Assembly: GCA_963823445.1 (NCBI GenBank)
Contig: CAWGLT010000014.1
Span: 199,472 to 263,471, forward strand
Source: an uncultured Acidobacteriota bacterium
GTDB taxonomy: Bacteria > Acidobacteriota > Thermoanaerobaculia > Thermoanaerobaculales > Sulfomarinibacteraceae
Length of the DNA stretch: 64,000 nucleotides
Direction: 5' to 3'
Positions 1-14,139 of the stretch are shown in pieces. The notes below the pieces were generated by a model, which saw only the letters and a list, made by a program, of their open reading frames with translations, was not told where the DNA came from and did not search any database. Position numbers and translations under genes: made by a program. Numbering within the stretch: position 1 is the stretch's first letter; each line of letters begins with the position of its first letter.

Positions 1-112
1 AATTCTCAATTTTCAATTCTTAATTACATCGCAACAACGATCCGGGGGACCCAGGTCGCGGTCGGGAACGGTGCGATGGAAATTCAAAATTAAGAATTCA
101 AAATTAAGAATT
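1..112. repeat. AT-rich heptad-armed palindromic intergenic element, copy A (left arm cut by window edge)
   Basis: Arms 1-33 (AATTCTC AATTTTC AATTCTT AATTACATCGCA) and 72-112 (TGCGATGG AAATTCAAAATTAAGAATTCAAAATTAAGAATT) are imperfect reverse complements around a 38-nt GC-rich core. Same architecture as 14041-14133 and 47735-47872. A perfect 10-bp hairpin GTCTGAAAAC/GTTTTCAGAC follows at 115-138. Confidence 0.7.
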
Positions 113-250
113 CGGTCTGAAAACGGCAGTTTTCAGACTGCGGCCCTTTGTCAAAGCTCTTTGAAGGTGTGACGTAGACCCTTGACCCTTGACGGGAAGG
201 CTCGCATGCTGGAGATGATGCAGTGTGTCGATGAGGCGCGGGGAGGATGC

Positions 251-856
251 ATGAAGCGACGACGAGACGGCCGTCAGGCGGGTTACACCCTGGTGGAAGC
301 CCTGATCGTGGTAGCGATCATCGGCCTCATCACGGCGGCCACCATTCCAACCATGCGGCGGGCTCGGATGCGGGCGAGCATGCTCGAGGTGGTGCGGACC
401 TTCCAGCAGGCCGTGGCGGTTTCCCGGATCAACGCCATCAAGCGCGGCAACAATGTCTGCCTGAGGATCCTCCCCGACGGCACCCGCCGGCACCTCACCG
501 AGTTCCGGGCGTGGATCGACGCCAATGCGAACGAGATCGAGGATGCGGGTGACGAAGTCGTCGGCAACTGGCGGATCCAAAACGTCGACGAGTGGAGCTT
601 CGAGGAGTCCGGAGACGCGAATAAACAGATGTACGTGCTCAACGCCAGCGGCGGTGGAACCGCCCGGGGGTACGTCTTTCTGCCCAACGGAATGGCCCAG
701 GTCGAGGCGGCGACCCAGGTCGGGATCGGCGAGGGCGCTTTCGAGTACTTCATCTGGCAGGACGCCAGGAAGTGGAACACCTTCGAGATCTCGGTCTTCG
801 GCGGCGCCGGCACGGTGCGGACTCTTGATGTGGAACCCGGGCGCGAGCGCCTTTGA
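251..856 (+). CDS. Type IV pilus minor pilin, GspH/FimT-like (prepilin-type N-terminal cleavage/methylation domain)
   Basis: N-terminus MKRRRDGRQAGYTLVEALIVVAIIGLI matches the prepilin leader plus G|(F/Y)TL(I/V)E hydrophobic helix. GGGAGGA RBS lies upstream of ATG 251. First gene of a minor-pilin run. Confidence 0.75.
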   Translation: MKRRRDGRQAGYTLVEALIVVAIIGLITAATIPTMRRARMRASMLEVVRTFQQAVAVSRINAIKRGNNVCLRILPDGTRRHLTEFRAWIDANANEIEDAGDEVVGNWRIQNVDEWSFEESGDANKQMYVLNASGGGTARGYVFLPNGMAQVEAATQVGIGEGAFEYFIWQDARKWNTFEISVFGGAGTVRTLDVEPGRERL

Positions 857-886
857 CTCGAACTTCGCCCATTGGGAGTACTACTG

Positions 887-1348
887 ATGCTGATGAACCG
901 CACCCCACGATCCGACGACGGCTTCACCCTGATCGAGGTGCTGATGGCGCTCCTCATCCTCGCCATCGTCTCCCTCGGCGTTGCCGGGATGTTCTCGCAC
1001 GCCATGGTGGTCAACGCCTCGGGTTATGACTACGCCCGGCTCGCGTCGGAGGCGCGGTTCGTCCTCGAGGAGCTCCGCGCCCGCCCGTTCGACGATCCGA
1101 CCCTGGTGGCGACGGCGGGCACGACCTGGGTCCCGCAGAACGCCACGTACTCCAACTCGGGTTTCACCGCCACCTACGCCATCACCGATTTCGCCATCGA
1201 CGACTGGGCCGATCTCGGGGTCTGGACGCTGCCGGCGGCGGGCAACCCGGGCAACGTCAAGCGGATCACCGTCAGGCTGCGCTCGACCGCGCAGACCCTC
1301 CAGGGGCGGCGCGAGCTCGTCGTCAGCGCGTTGAAGACTGCGGGGTGA
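887..1348 (+). CDS. Type IV pilus minor pilin, PilV-like
   Basis: Leader ...RSDDG|FTLIEVLMALLILAIVSLGV is a prepilin methylation motif. The start is ambiguous (TTG 872, ATG 887 or ATG 893). The PilV label comes from size and position in the operon. Confidence 0.7.
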   Translation: MLMNRTPRSDDGFTLIEVLMALLILAIVSLGVAGMFSHAMVVNASGYDYARLASEARFVLEELRARPFDDPTLVATAGTTWVPQNATYSNSGFTATYAITDFAIDDWADLGVWTLPAAGNPGNVKRITVRLRSTAQTLQGRRELVVSALKTAG

Positions 1349-2499
1349 TGATGGAACTCAAAGCCCGTCGCCCCGCTCATTCAGGCTTCACCCTCATCGA
1401 GATGTTGGTCGCCATCGCGATCTTCGTCATCTTGATGATCGGTCTTTTGAACCTGCTCGACAATTCGACCAAGGTCTCGAAGCTCGAGGCGGCCCTCGCC
1501 GACACCCAGGAGAACGTCCGCTACGCCACCTACCATCTCATGCGCACCGCCCGGATGATGGGCGGGACGGTCATGCCCTTCGCGCGCAGCGCCGGCGGCA
1601 ACGCCTGGGTGGCGGGCGAGGTCCACGACAACGCCGCCGGCAACTTCTCGATCTTCGGCGCGACCCTCGACAACATGCCCGGCAGCGATGTTCTCGTGCT
1701 GCGCGGTTTTTTTGACGTGGCGCCGTTTTTTATCAATGTCGGCGACGTCGACACCCTCGGGAGCACCGTCACGATCCGAGAGACCGCCGACCCCGGTCTC
1801 TCCACCGAACGAACGATCAACGATCTCAGCGCCTTCGCGAGCATTCCCAACATTTTCCTCGACCGCGGCCTCATCATCTCGACCGGCGACGGACCGGTCC
1901 AGGTCGGTCCGGGTCTCTGGATCAGCGGCCAGTACGTCGTCGGCAAGATCACCGCGAGCACCGGCGTCGCCGGGTCGGCGCCCAACCGGCAGCTTCAGCT
2001 GACCTATGCCGCGGACGCGGCCTGGGACGGGCTCAGTTTCGATGGCAATCCGGTCGCCGCGGGCGAGCCCGCCTGGAGGAACATCTCCCGCGCCGGGATC
2101 CTCGAGGCCTACGCCTATTATGTCGACAACAACATGGTGCTGCGGCGGGTCGCACAGAGAAACGCCGCCATCAACCCCGACGGCGAACCGGTCGCGGTCA
2201 ACATCGGCAGCCTCCAGGTCGAGCTCGGGATCGACGTCGACGGCGACACCTTTCTCGATCCGGACGCCGAGTGGGACGCCTCGCCGACCCTCGCCGAGGC
2301 CCTCCAGGGCGGCGGCGTCGTGGCCATGCGGTTGACGGTGCTCGGCCGGACCCCGTTCGAACTGCCGGACTGGACCGAACCGACCCGGACCTTCACCGGC
2401 GCCGGCAACATGGCGGTGCCGGCCGCGGGCGCCTCCGGTCCGCGCCACGCCAAGTGGCGCCGGATGGAGGTCGCGGTGGCGCTCAGGAACTTCTTGTGA
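1345..2499 (+). CDS. Type IV pilus minor pilin, PilW-like
   Basis: N-terminus ...RRPAHSG|FTLIEMLVAIAIFVILMIGLL. ATGA overlap with the upstream gene. The ~380 aa size is typical of PilW. The family label is inferred from gene order. Confidence 0.7.
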   Translation: MMMELKARRPAHSGFTLIEMLVAIAIFVILMIGLLNLLDNSTKVSKLEAALADTQENVRYATYHLMRTARMMGGTVMPFARSAGGNAWVAGEVHDNAAGNFSIFGATLDNMPGSDVLVLRGFFDVAPFFINVGDVDTLGSTVTIRETADPGLSTERTINDLSAFASIPNIFLDRGLIISTGDGPVQVGPGLWISGQYVVGKITASTGVAGSAPNRQLQLTYAADAAWDGLSFDGNPVAAGEPAWRNISRAGILEAYAYYVDNNMVLRRVAQRNAAINPDGEPVAVNIGSLQVELGIDVDGDTFLDPDAEWDASPTLAEALQGGGVVAMRLTVLGRTPFELPDWTEPTRTFTGAGNMAVPAAGASGPRHAKWRRMEVAVALRNFL

Positions 2500-2511
2500 T
2501 GAGGATGACAT

Positions 2512-3045
2512 ATGGAACACGAAGTCAACCCCTTCGCCCGTCCCTCCGGGTCCGACCGCGAGCGCGGGGCGGCGATCATCATCGCCATCATGGTCGCTCT
2601 CATCCTCGCGTTTCTCGGTCTCGGGCTGCTGCTCCAGACCTCGCTCGGGATGCAGGCGGCGGGGACCGACCGGTGGGTCGTGCGGGCGCTCTATGCCGCC
2701 GACGCCGGCGCGCAGGCGGAGATCGCCACCCTGAGAAACGGTGCGGTGGGGATGGGCAGCTTCGTCCTCGCCGACGACACCGCTCTGCCCGGGATGCTGA
2801 ATGGTCAGTACAACGTCACGGTCTCGGATGTCTGCGAGCTCCAGACGGCGACGGACGCCTTCAATCCCGAGGACGGCAGTTTCTACGAGGTCGGCAAATG
2901 GAAGGCCCGGTACGTCCACTTCCGCAGCACCGCGACCCGGGATGTCGGCCTCCTGGTCGGTCTCACCCAGGCGACCATCGTCCAGGATGTGATGGTCCAA
3001 CCGGTCGATGTTGAAACCTATGTTCCGGCGCCGAATTGTTACTGA
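2512..3045 (+). CDS. PilX-like minor pilin / pilus assembly protein
   Basis: N-terminal hydrophobic segment ERGAAIIIAIMVALILAFLGLGLL without the classical G|F site, as in PilX-N family proteins. Sits between the PilW-like and PilY1-like genes. Confidence 0.6.
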   Translation: MEHEVNPFARPSGSDRERGAAIIIAIMVALILAFLGLGLLLQTSLGMQAAGTDRWVVRALYAADAGAQAEIATLRNGAVGMGSFVLADDTALPGMLNGQYNVTVSDVCELQTATDAFNPEDGSFYEVGKWKARYVHFRSTATRDVGLLVGLTQATIVQDVMVQPVDVETYVPAPNCY

Positions 3046-3055
3046 GGGGGCAGCG

Positions 3056-5708
3056 ATGAAGACTCAACCGACCAGAAGCTGGATGATCGCGGCCGTCATG
3101 GTGGCGCTCGTCGCGGCGACCGCCGCCGCCGACGACCGCGACTTCCTCCGCGAACGCGCGGCCAAACCCAACATCCTCATCCTCCTCGACACCTCGACAT
3201 CCATGATGGGAACCTCCGAGATCGCCCCGGAGTTCTCGAGGTGGCAGGGCCCGGCCATCGTGAACTCGGGCATGCTGCCGGGCGCCGGCGACGACCCGCG
3301 ATCGCGCATGGGCATCGCCAAGGCGGTGCTGCGGAGCTTCCTCCAGAGCGTCACCGATGCCAACTTCGCCCTCGCGGGCTATCAGTACGAGCTGCCCAAG
3401 GATGCGAGCAGCAACATCGTCAACCCCTACCCGGCGGAGCACTGGACCTACCAGGCGCTCAGCGCCGATCGCTTCGGGTTCCTCGAGGAGAACTATGTCT
3501 ACCGCGTCGGTTGGGCGGAAAAGACCTACAACGGCGCGACGGCGGCGCTGCCCATGACCAACCCGGCGGACTACTCGCGGAGCATGCTCTTCGGCTACAA
3601 CCCCTACTTCGACCCCGACCCCGCCGGCACCGGCTACGTCCCCCCGTTCGAGCGCTACGGCCCGATCCTGGCGCCGGATTTTCACCCCTGGAATCCCTAC
3701 GCCCTCCTGCCCATCTATCTCATGCGCAACTGCGAGACCGATGACCTCGACGGCCTCGGCAAGGACTGCGGCCTCAGGGTCTTCCCCTACTACACCTCCC
3801 TCGACAGCCTGGGCGCCACGGTCTCCCATTCCTGGACATCGAGCTTTGTCAACTGCGACCCCCTGACCGCCCCCGACGCCGGCGGCACCGACAACGGCTG
3901 CCGCTCGAGCTGGAGCGTCCTCGATGTCCCCGCGAGGCAGGTCACCCAGTGGGTCCGGCGGGCCCATCTCGAGGTCCCGACTACCGTTTCGGGTGCGGCC
4001 AACCACCCCATCGGCGAGGACACCGCGGGCAGCATGTCGGGCAACTGGACGATCGCCGATCCCAACCCCGGGGCCGAGAACTACGATCTCGGAGCGACCG
4101 CCGACGACGCCGACTACGACGGCGATGAGAGCCTCGACTGGCTCATGCGGGTCAACATGGTGGAGGAGCGGAAATCGCGCCTCTGCGCGCTGCCGGCGAC
4201 CCCCACCCCGACCTTCACGCCGACCGACACCCCGACCTTCACCCCGACCTTCACGCCGACCTATACCCCGACGCCGATTCCACCGCAGTGTTCAGACATC
4301 TTCGTCGACGATCTCTACTACCTCGACGAGTACCGGGTGCGGATCGACATGGTCCGCAACGACAACGCGATCCACCAGGCGGTGCACCGGCAGACCAACG
4401 TCGTCTGGGAGGACCTGTACGACCCGGGCCAGTACCTCAACTTCATGAACTTCAACAGCTTCCCCGGCAACTACTACGACATCGACGACTACGACCCCGA
4501 CACCCTCGCCGTCGTCGACGTGCCCTTCGACCCGGGCGTCGGGACCATGCTCACCGTCCGGTGGGACGGCATCCCCGGCGGTGCGTACATCGCCGGCACC
4601 ACCACCGTCACCCTCACCTTCGAGTATCCGGCATACGGCCTGACCTGCCCCCCAATCACGAAAACCGTCAACCGGGCCGCGCCGACGCCGACATCGACCC
4701 CGACGGCGACCGCGACGCCGACATCGACCCCGACCCCGGTTCCGGCGGACTGCACTGACATCGAGTTCGGTCCGACGCTCCGGGTTCAAAACTCCGATCA
4801 ACTCATCGACGAGCTCCGCAACAACTCGGTCTTCCCGGCATATGTCACCAATACCGTATTCGCCTGGCAGCCCACGAAGCCGCCCACGCAGCTCAACACC
4901 CCGATGGTCGACTTCATCAGGCTGGACGGACAAACAGCCTACTACGGTGGGAACGCCACGACATCGCCAGTCGTTCGCAACGATGGTTACCCGGGTGCGA
5001 ATCTCGTCCGGCGTACGATTCCCGCGACCAGCACCCGGATCTGGCGGGCGGATCTCGACTACGTCTGGGCGCCTCCTCGGGGGCTCCACCGGGTCGACCT
5101 CACCGTCTTCCTCCCCGGTGCCGGCGCCGGCGGAGCAGATCTGACCTGCCTGGTTTCCGCCGACTATGACCTGTCAACACCCCGACGCCGACCAACACAC
5201 CGACGATCACCAACACCCCGACCAACACCTTCACGCCGTCGAACACGCCGACGCCGACGAACACCTTCACGCCGTCGAACACCCCGACGAGAACCTTCAC
5301 GCCGACGATCACCAACACGCCGACGGTCACCAACACGCCGACGCGGACCAACACCCCGACGAACACCTTCACGCCGTCGAACACGCCGACGCGGACGAAC
5401 ACCTTCACGCCGTCGAACACGCCGACGCGGACGAACACCTTCACGCCGTCGAACACGCCGACGCGGACGAACACCTTCACGCCGTCGAACACGCCGACGC
5501 ACACGCCGACGAACACGGCGACGTTCACGCCGACGCACACGCCGACGTTCACCCGGACCTTCACGCCGTCGAACACGCCGACGTTCACGCCGACGTTCAC
5601 GCCGACGCATACGCCGACGTTCACGCCGACCTTCACGCCGACCTTTACGCCGACGCATACGCCGACCAACACCCCCACGCCGACTCCGACGAATACGCCT
5701 GACCTCTA
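3056..5708 (+). CDS. Large secreted vWA/PilY1-N-like protein with Thr/Pro linkers and a 176-aa TP-rich C-terminal tail (needs a 1-nt frame correction at 5180-5183)
   Basis: Signal peptide [25 protein letters not shown] and MIDAS-like [14 protein letters not shown]. Two Cys-bracketed modules are each preceded by TPTPTFTPT-type linkers read in frame 2. From 5179 the same nucleotide motif only gives TPT in frame 1, which ends at TAG 5706-5708. Uncorrected frame 2 gives an RRRT-rich tail ending at 5731. Confidence 0.6.
5179..5705 (+). repeat. Coding tandem repeat (Thr/Pro-rich; 36-bp unit ACGAACACCTTCACGCCGTCGAACACGCCGACGCGG)
   Basis: Three perfect 36-bp copies at 5359-5466, plus a fourth (5467-5502) differing only at its last two bases, within a longer degenerate ACNCCGACN periodic tract. 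Encodes [12 protein letters not shown] repeats. Five of the six frames are open here. Confidence 0.85.
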
Positions 5709-5727
5709 GGGTGAGGGGAGAGACAGC

Positions 5728-9989
<4,262 letters not shown>

Positions 9990-9992
9990 CCC

Positions 9993-10817
9993 ATGCGACA
10001 GCTCTTGATGACCCTTGTCCTGATCATGGCGGTCGGTCCGTGCTCGGCGGTCGAGATTCCCTTCCGGGACGGCTCGGTGCTCGAGGCCGTCAGCTACACC
10101 GTCACCGGTTCGTATGTCATGCTCGAGATCGAGGGCGGCGGCAAGGTCGCCTACGATGTCGCCGACATCGATCTGGCCTCGCTGCGGCGCGCGGAATCCG
10201 CCGCCGCGGGTGATCCGGCCGCCCCGGCGGAGCCGGTCAAGGCGACGATCGGGAACTCCGGTGCGCTCCAGGGTCCGGGCGAAGACCCGGCGGATTCGGG
10301 CGGGCGGCTCGTCATCACCGACCAGAACGTCAAACACGTCAAGGGCAGCGGCATCGCCGGACCCGAAGACGAGCCGGCGCCGGCCGAGGACGACGGCGGC
10401 GTGCCCGAGGGCTTCGAGCAGGGCGGCAACGTGCTGCTCAACAACGTCAGGGTCACCCCCCTCGAAGGGGGGCAGTGGGAGGTCAAGGGCGAGGTCATCA
10501 ACCGGATGCCGGAAGCGGTGCTCGATGTCCGCGCCAATCTCGAGGCCGCCGTTCCCGATCAGGATCCGTGGACGGCTTCGGTGGGCGTCAGCGGCGTGCT
10601 CGGCCCGGATGAGAAGGCGGACTTCTCGCACATCTTCTCGACGCCGGAATCGGCGGGGGAGGGCTGGGCGCCGCAGATCCAGGTCAACGTCGTGTGGATG
10701 AAGAGCGAGACCCGGATCGAACCGCAGTACAACCGGACCGCGCCCCATCCCAGCGCCCTGCCCCTGGATCGCGGCGGGGTCGGTGGGGTCGAGACCCGTG
10801 AGGAGATCGATCTTTGA
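9993..10817 (+). CDS. Hypothetical secreted protein
   Basis: The ATG is 4 nt after the PilY1 stop. Signal-like N-terminus MRQLLMTLVLIMAVGPCSAVE. No family recognised. Confidence 0.55.
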   Translation: MRQLLMTLVLIMAVGPCSAVEIPFRDGSVLEAVSYTVTGSYVMLEIEGGGKVAYDVADIDLASLRRAESAAAGDPAAPAEPVKATIGNSGALQGPGEDPADSGGRLVITDQNVKHVKGSGIAGPEDEPAPAEDDGGVPEGFEQGGNVLLNNVRVTPLEGGQWEVKGEVINRMPEAVLDVRANLEAAVPDQDPWTASVGVSGVLGPDEKADFSHIFSTPESAGEGWAPQIQVNVVWMKSETRIEPQYNRTAPHPSALPLDRGGVGGVETREEIDL

Positions 10818-10847
10818 TCGCAAGGACCCGGGCCTCGAAAACCGGCC

Positions 10848-11321
10848 ATGCGTGACCTCCGTGCTCCGTTGATCGTCCTCGCGGTCGTCGTCGTCCTCGC
10901 GGCCGTGGTCTGGATGGTGAGCCGGCCGGAGCACGAGCCGTCGCGGTTGGTTCCCGTTGAAGACGAGCCCGTCCGCTTCGACTTCGCGGACCTCGCGATC
11001 ACGTCTCCCGATCTCGCGGTCGCGGCGCCGGTGGTCCGCGGTTCCATCCGCTCGGACTACGCGTCGTGGGTCGTCGTGCTGCGCTGCGCCGAGCCCGAGG
11101 GTTGCGCCGGCGAGTTCTCCGTCGAGGTCTCGTATCTCACCGGCGGGGAGCGGAGATCTCTCACCATGGTGTCCCGCTGCGACGCGCCTGATGGCGGCGA
11201 GCTTCGCTTCGAAGGGCTTCAGGATCCGCCGACGCCCATCGACGGGATCGAGGGACTCGAGCTCACGGTCATCGAGCGGAGTACTCCCGGTCAGGAACCG
11301 GACGAGTCCATCGAGTTCTAG
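10848..11321 (+). CDS. Hypothetical membrane-anchored protein
   Basis: N-terminal TM helix LIVLAVVVVLAAVVWMV with Cys-containing ectodomain. No family recognised. Confidence 0.5.
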   Translation: MRDLRAPLIVLAVVVVLAAVVWMVSRPEHEPSRLVPVEDEPVRFDFADLAITSPDLAVAAPVVRGSIRSDYASWVVVLRCAEPEGCAGEFSVEVSYLTGGERRSLTMVSRCDAPDGGELRFEGLQDPPTPIDGIEGLELTVIERSTPGQEPDESIEF

Positions 11322-11429
11322 CCCGCACTTCTCACCGGGTTTCGTTGCGAGGTCGGCGGGCGCGGCTCCCCGTTCGGGAATCTGGAATGGCGCAGAGGCG
11401 GTGACGGTTCCAGGATCTGACGGGGGAGT

Positions 11430-14042
11430 ATGCACGATTTCACGCTTGCGGACAGATTCGAAAACATCAGCGAGTGGCGGCACCGCGGCAACGGACTGAC
11501 GGTCCTGACGGTTCCGACTCCGGTCGCCCCGGTCGTCGGCTTCGCGGTGGTCTATCGGGTCGGATCCCGTCACGAGGTGGCGGGCCACACCGGTGCGACC
11601 CACATGCTCGAGCACCTCATGTTCAAGGGGTCGGAGAATTTCAACGCCGCGCGCGGGACCGAGATCGCCCGCACCCTGCACCGGGTGGGGGCGTCCTTCA
11701 ACGCCACCACGTGGCTCGACCGCACGACCTACTACGAGGTCTTGCCGGTGGAGCGCCTGCCGGTCGCGGTGGCGATCGAATCGGATCGGATGCGGCGGGC
11801 GCTCATCCGACCGGAGGATCTCGAGAGCGAGCGAACGGTGGTGCTCAACGAGCTCGACACGGGCGAGAACGAGCCCGTCGACCTGCTCATGAAATCGTCC
11901 TTCGCGCACGCCTTCATCGAGCACCCGTACCACCACCCGACCATCGGTTGGCGAGGCGATGTCGAACGGATGTCCGCCGCAGTGCTGCGCCGGTTCTACG
12001 ACACCTATTACCACCCGGACAACGCGACCGTCATCGTCGTGGGCGATATCGACGAGGAGTCGGCTCTCGTCGAAGTCGAGCGTGGATTCGGAGGGATTGT
12101 ACCCGCACCGGCCCCGATCCCGGATCTCGCGATCCGGGAAGGGCGACAGCGGGGCGAGCGACGCTTCATCGTCGAGCGGACCGGCGAGCTCGGCAGCCTC
12201 GCCCTGACCTGGCACATCCCCGAAGGGCTGCACCCGGATCTGCCGGCCCTCAACGTGCTCACCCAGGCGCTCAGCGACGGCGTGACATCGCGGCTCTATC
12301 AGCGGCTGGTGGAGACCAACCGCTGTCTCGGCGTCCACGCCTTCACCTTCGAGCTCCATGACCCCGGCGTGCTCCAGGTCTTCGCCACCCTCGCCCCCGG
12401 GGTCGACCACGACTCCGTCGAAGCCGAAATCCGCGACGAAATCGCGTCCCTGGCCGAAGCGCCGCTGTCCGGAGACGAGCTCGCGCGGGCACTCATCCAG
12501 ACCCGGACCGATCTCGCCTTCCACTGGGAGTCGCCGGCGCAGATCGTGAGCGCCCTGACCGAGGCGGTGGCCATGGGTGACTGGCGGCGGTTCCCGGGCG
12601 AGCTCGAAGCCGTGTCCGCGGTCCGGGCCGAGGATGTGACCCGGGTCGCCGGGGAGTATCTCGGCCCCACCAACCTCACCGCCGGGTGGTTTGTTCCCCA
12701 GGGGGGAAACGGCGCCGCGTCGGGTCGGGCCCCCGCCCCCCGTCCCTGTTATCTCCATCGTCCCTTCGCCGACCGGGTCGACGTCCGCACGCTCACGGGC
12801 GGCGCCCGTCTGGCGGTGCTGTCCAACCGCCACGCGCCGACGGTCACCATCGCCGGAACCATCGGCGCCGGTCTCGTTGCCGCCACCGACGGCCGATTCA
12901 CCGTTCCGAGCATGACCGCAGCCATGCTCGACCGGGGAACGCAAAGCCGCGACCGTCTCGCCCTCGCCACCGAGCTCGAGGACCACGGTCTCCAGCTCGG
13001 GGTTCGGGCCATGGGCAACTCGCCGACCGTGGTCTCGTTCTCGGCCCAGGGTCTGGCGGAGGAGCTCGATCGTCTGGCGGTCTTGCTCGTCGACATTCTG
13101 CGATTTCCGGTCTTCCCCGCCGACGAACTCGATCGTCTTCGTCAGCGGATCCTCGGTTCCCTGCGCAGGGAACGCGAGAGCACCTCGGCGATGGCCTATT
13201 CCGCGCTCACCCGGAGCCTGTATCCCATGGGGCATCCCCTGCACAAGCGGCCGGTGGAGGACCGGGAGTCCGAGCTCGAGACGCTCACCCGAGAGGATCT
13301 CGAGGCTTTTCACGCCCGTGCCTACGGGCCCGGGTCCATGGTGATCGCGGTAGTCGGAGATGTCGATGCCGGTGCGGTTGCCGCGGCTCTGTCCCGCCCG
13401 TTGACGGGCTGGCGGGGCGTGTCGAATCCGCGCTTCGATGCGCCGGCGGGCGGCTCGGGAGCAACGGCGTCGACGTACATCGAGATCCCGGACCGTCCGA
13501 ACCTCGACTTCTTTCTCGGCCACGCCGGGCGGCTCCTGCGGGGCGACGCCGATTTCGCGGCCGCCGGTCTCGCCAACTCCTGTCTCGGCCAGTCCGCCCT
13601 GACCTCGCGGCTCGGCGCCGCGGTCCGCGACGGCGCGGGTCTGTCCTACAGCGTCTACAGCCGGCTTTTCGGTACCTTGGGGATCTCGGGCCCCTGGGCC
13701 GTGAGCTGCAGCGTCGCGGCCGCCAATCTCGATCGCGCGGTCGATCTCTGCCGCGAGGTCGTGACCGCCTATGTCGCCGACGGACCCACCGACGCCGAGC
13801 TCGAAGACGAGCGCCTGGCGCAGGCCGGCGCCTACCAGGTCGGTCTCGCGACCAACGCCGGGATCGCGAGAGAGCTCGTCACGGCGCTCACCGCCGGCGA
13901 GGAGGTCTCCCGTCTCGACGAGCTTCCGGGCCGTTTCCTCGGGACGACCCGCGACGAGGTGGTGGAGGCCACTCGAAAGCACATCCGACCCGACGAGCTC
14001 ACCCTCGCCGTCGCGGGCACCCTCAACGAGCCGAGCTCGTAA
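11430..14042 (+). CDS. M16 (pitrilysin/insulinase) family zinc peptidase, two fused M16 units
   Basis: Inverted zinc motif HxxEH in GATHMLEHLMFKGSENF. Second half is M16-like without the motif. 870 aa. Confidence 0.85.
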   Translation: MHDFTLADRFENISEWRHRGNGLTVLTVPTPVAPVVGFAVVYRVGSRHEVAGHTGATHMLEHLMFKGSENFNAARGTEIARTLHRVGASFNATTWLDRTTYYEVLPVERLPVAVAIESDRMRRALIRPEDLESERTVVLNELDTGENEPVDLLMKSSFAHAFIEHPYHHPTIGWRGDVERMSAAVLRRFYDTYYHPDNATVIVVGDIDEESALVEVERGFGGIVPAPAPIPDLAIREGRQRGERRFIVERTGELGSLALTWHIPEGLHPDLPALNVLTQALSDGVTSRLYQRLVETNRCLGVHAFTFELHDPGVLQVFATLAPGVDHDSVEAEIRDEIASLAEAPLSGDELARALIQTRTDLAFHWESPAQIVSALTEAVAMGDWRRFPGELEAVSAVRAEDVTRVAGEYLGPTNLTAGWFVPQGGNGAASGRAPAPRPCYLHRPFADRVDVRTLTGGARLAVLSNRHAPTVTIAGTIGAGLVAATDGRFTVPSMTAAMLDRGTQSRDRLALATELEDHGLQLGVRAMGNSPTVVSFSAQGLAEELDRLAVLLVDILRFPVFPADELDRLRQRILGSLRRERESTSAMAYSALTRSLYPMGHPLHKRPVEDRESELETLTREDLEAFHARAYGPGSMVIAVVGDVDAGAVAAALSRPLTGWRGVSNPRFDAPAGGSGATASTYIEIPDRPNLDFFLGHAGRLLRGDADFAAAGLANSCLGQSALTSRLGAAVRDGAGLSYSVYSRLFGTLGISGPWAVSCSVAAANLDRAVDLCREVVTAYVADGPTDAELEDERLAQAGAYQVGLATNAGIARELVTALTAGEEVSRLDELPGRFLGTTRDEVVEATRKHIRPDELTLAVAGTLNEPSS

Positions 14043-14133
14043 ATTCTTAATTTTGAATTCTCAATTCTTAATTTCCATCGCACATTCGTCACAGACCCAT
14101 GCGATGGTAATTAAGAATTGAGAATTGAGAATT
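14041..14133. repeat. AT-rich heptad-armed palindromic intergenic element, copy B
   Basis: Left arm 14041-14082 is AATTCTT AATTTTG AATTCTC AATTCTT AATTTCC ATCGCA. Loop is 17 nt. Right arm 14100-14133 is TGCGATGG TAATTAAGAATTGAGAATTGAGAATT. The inner 26-27 nt pair almost perfectly. Lies between convergent genes and starts inside the TAA stop of the M16 gene. Confidence 0.85.
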
Positions 14134-14139
14134 GAACGT

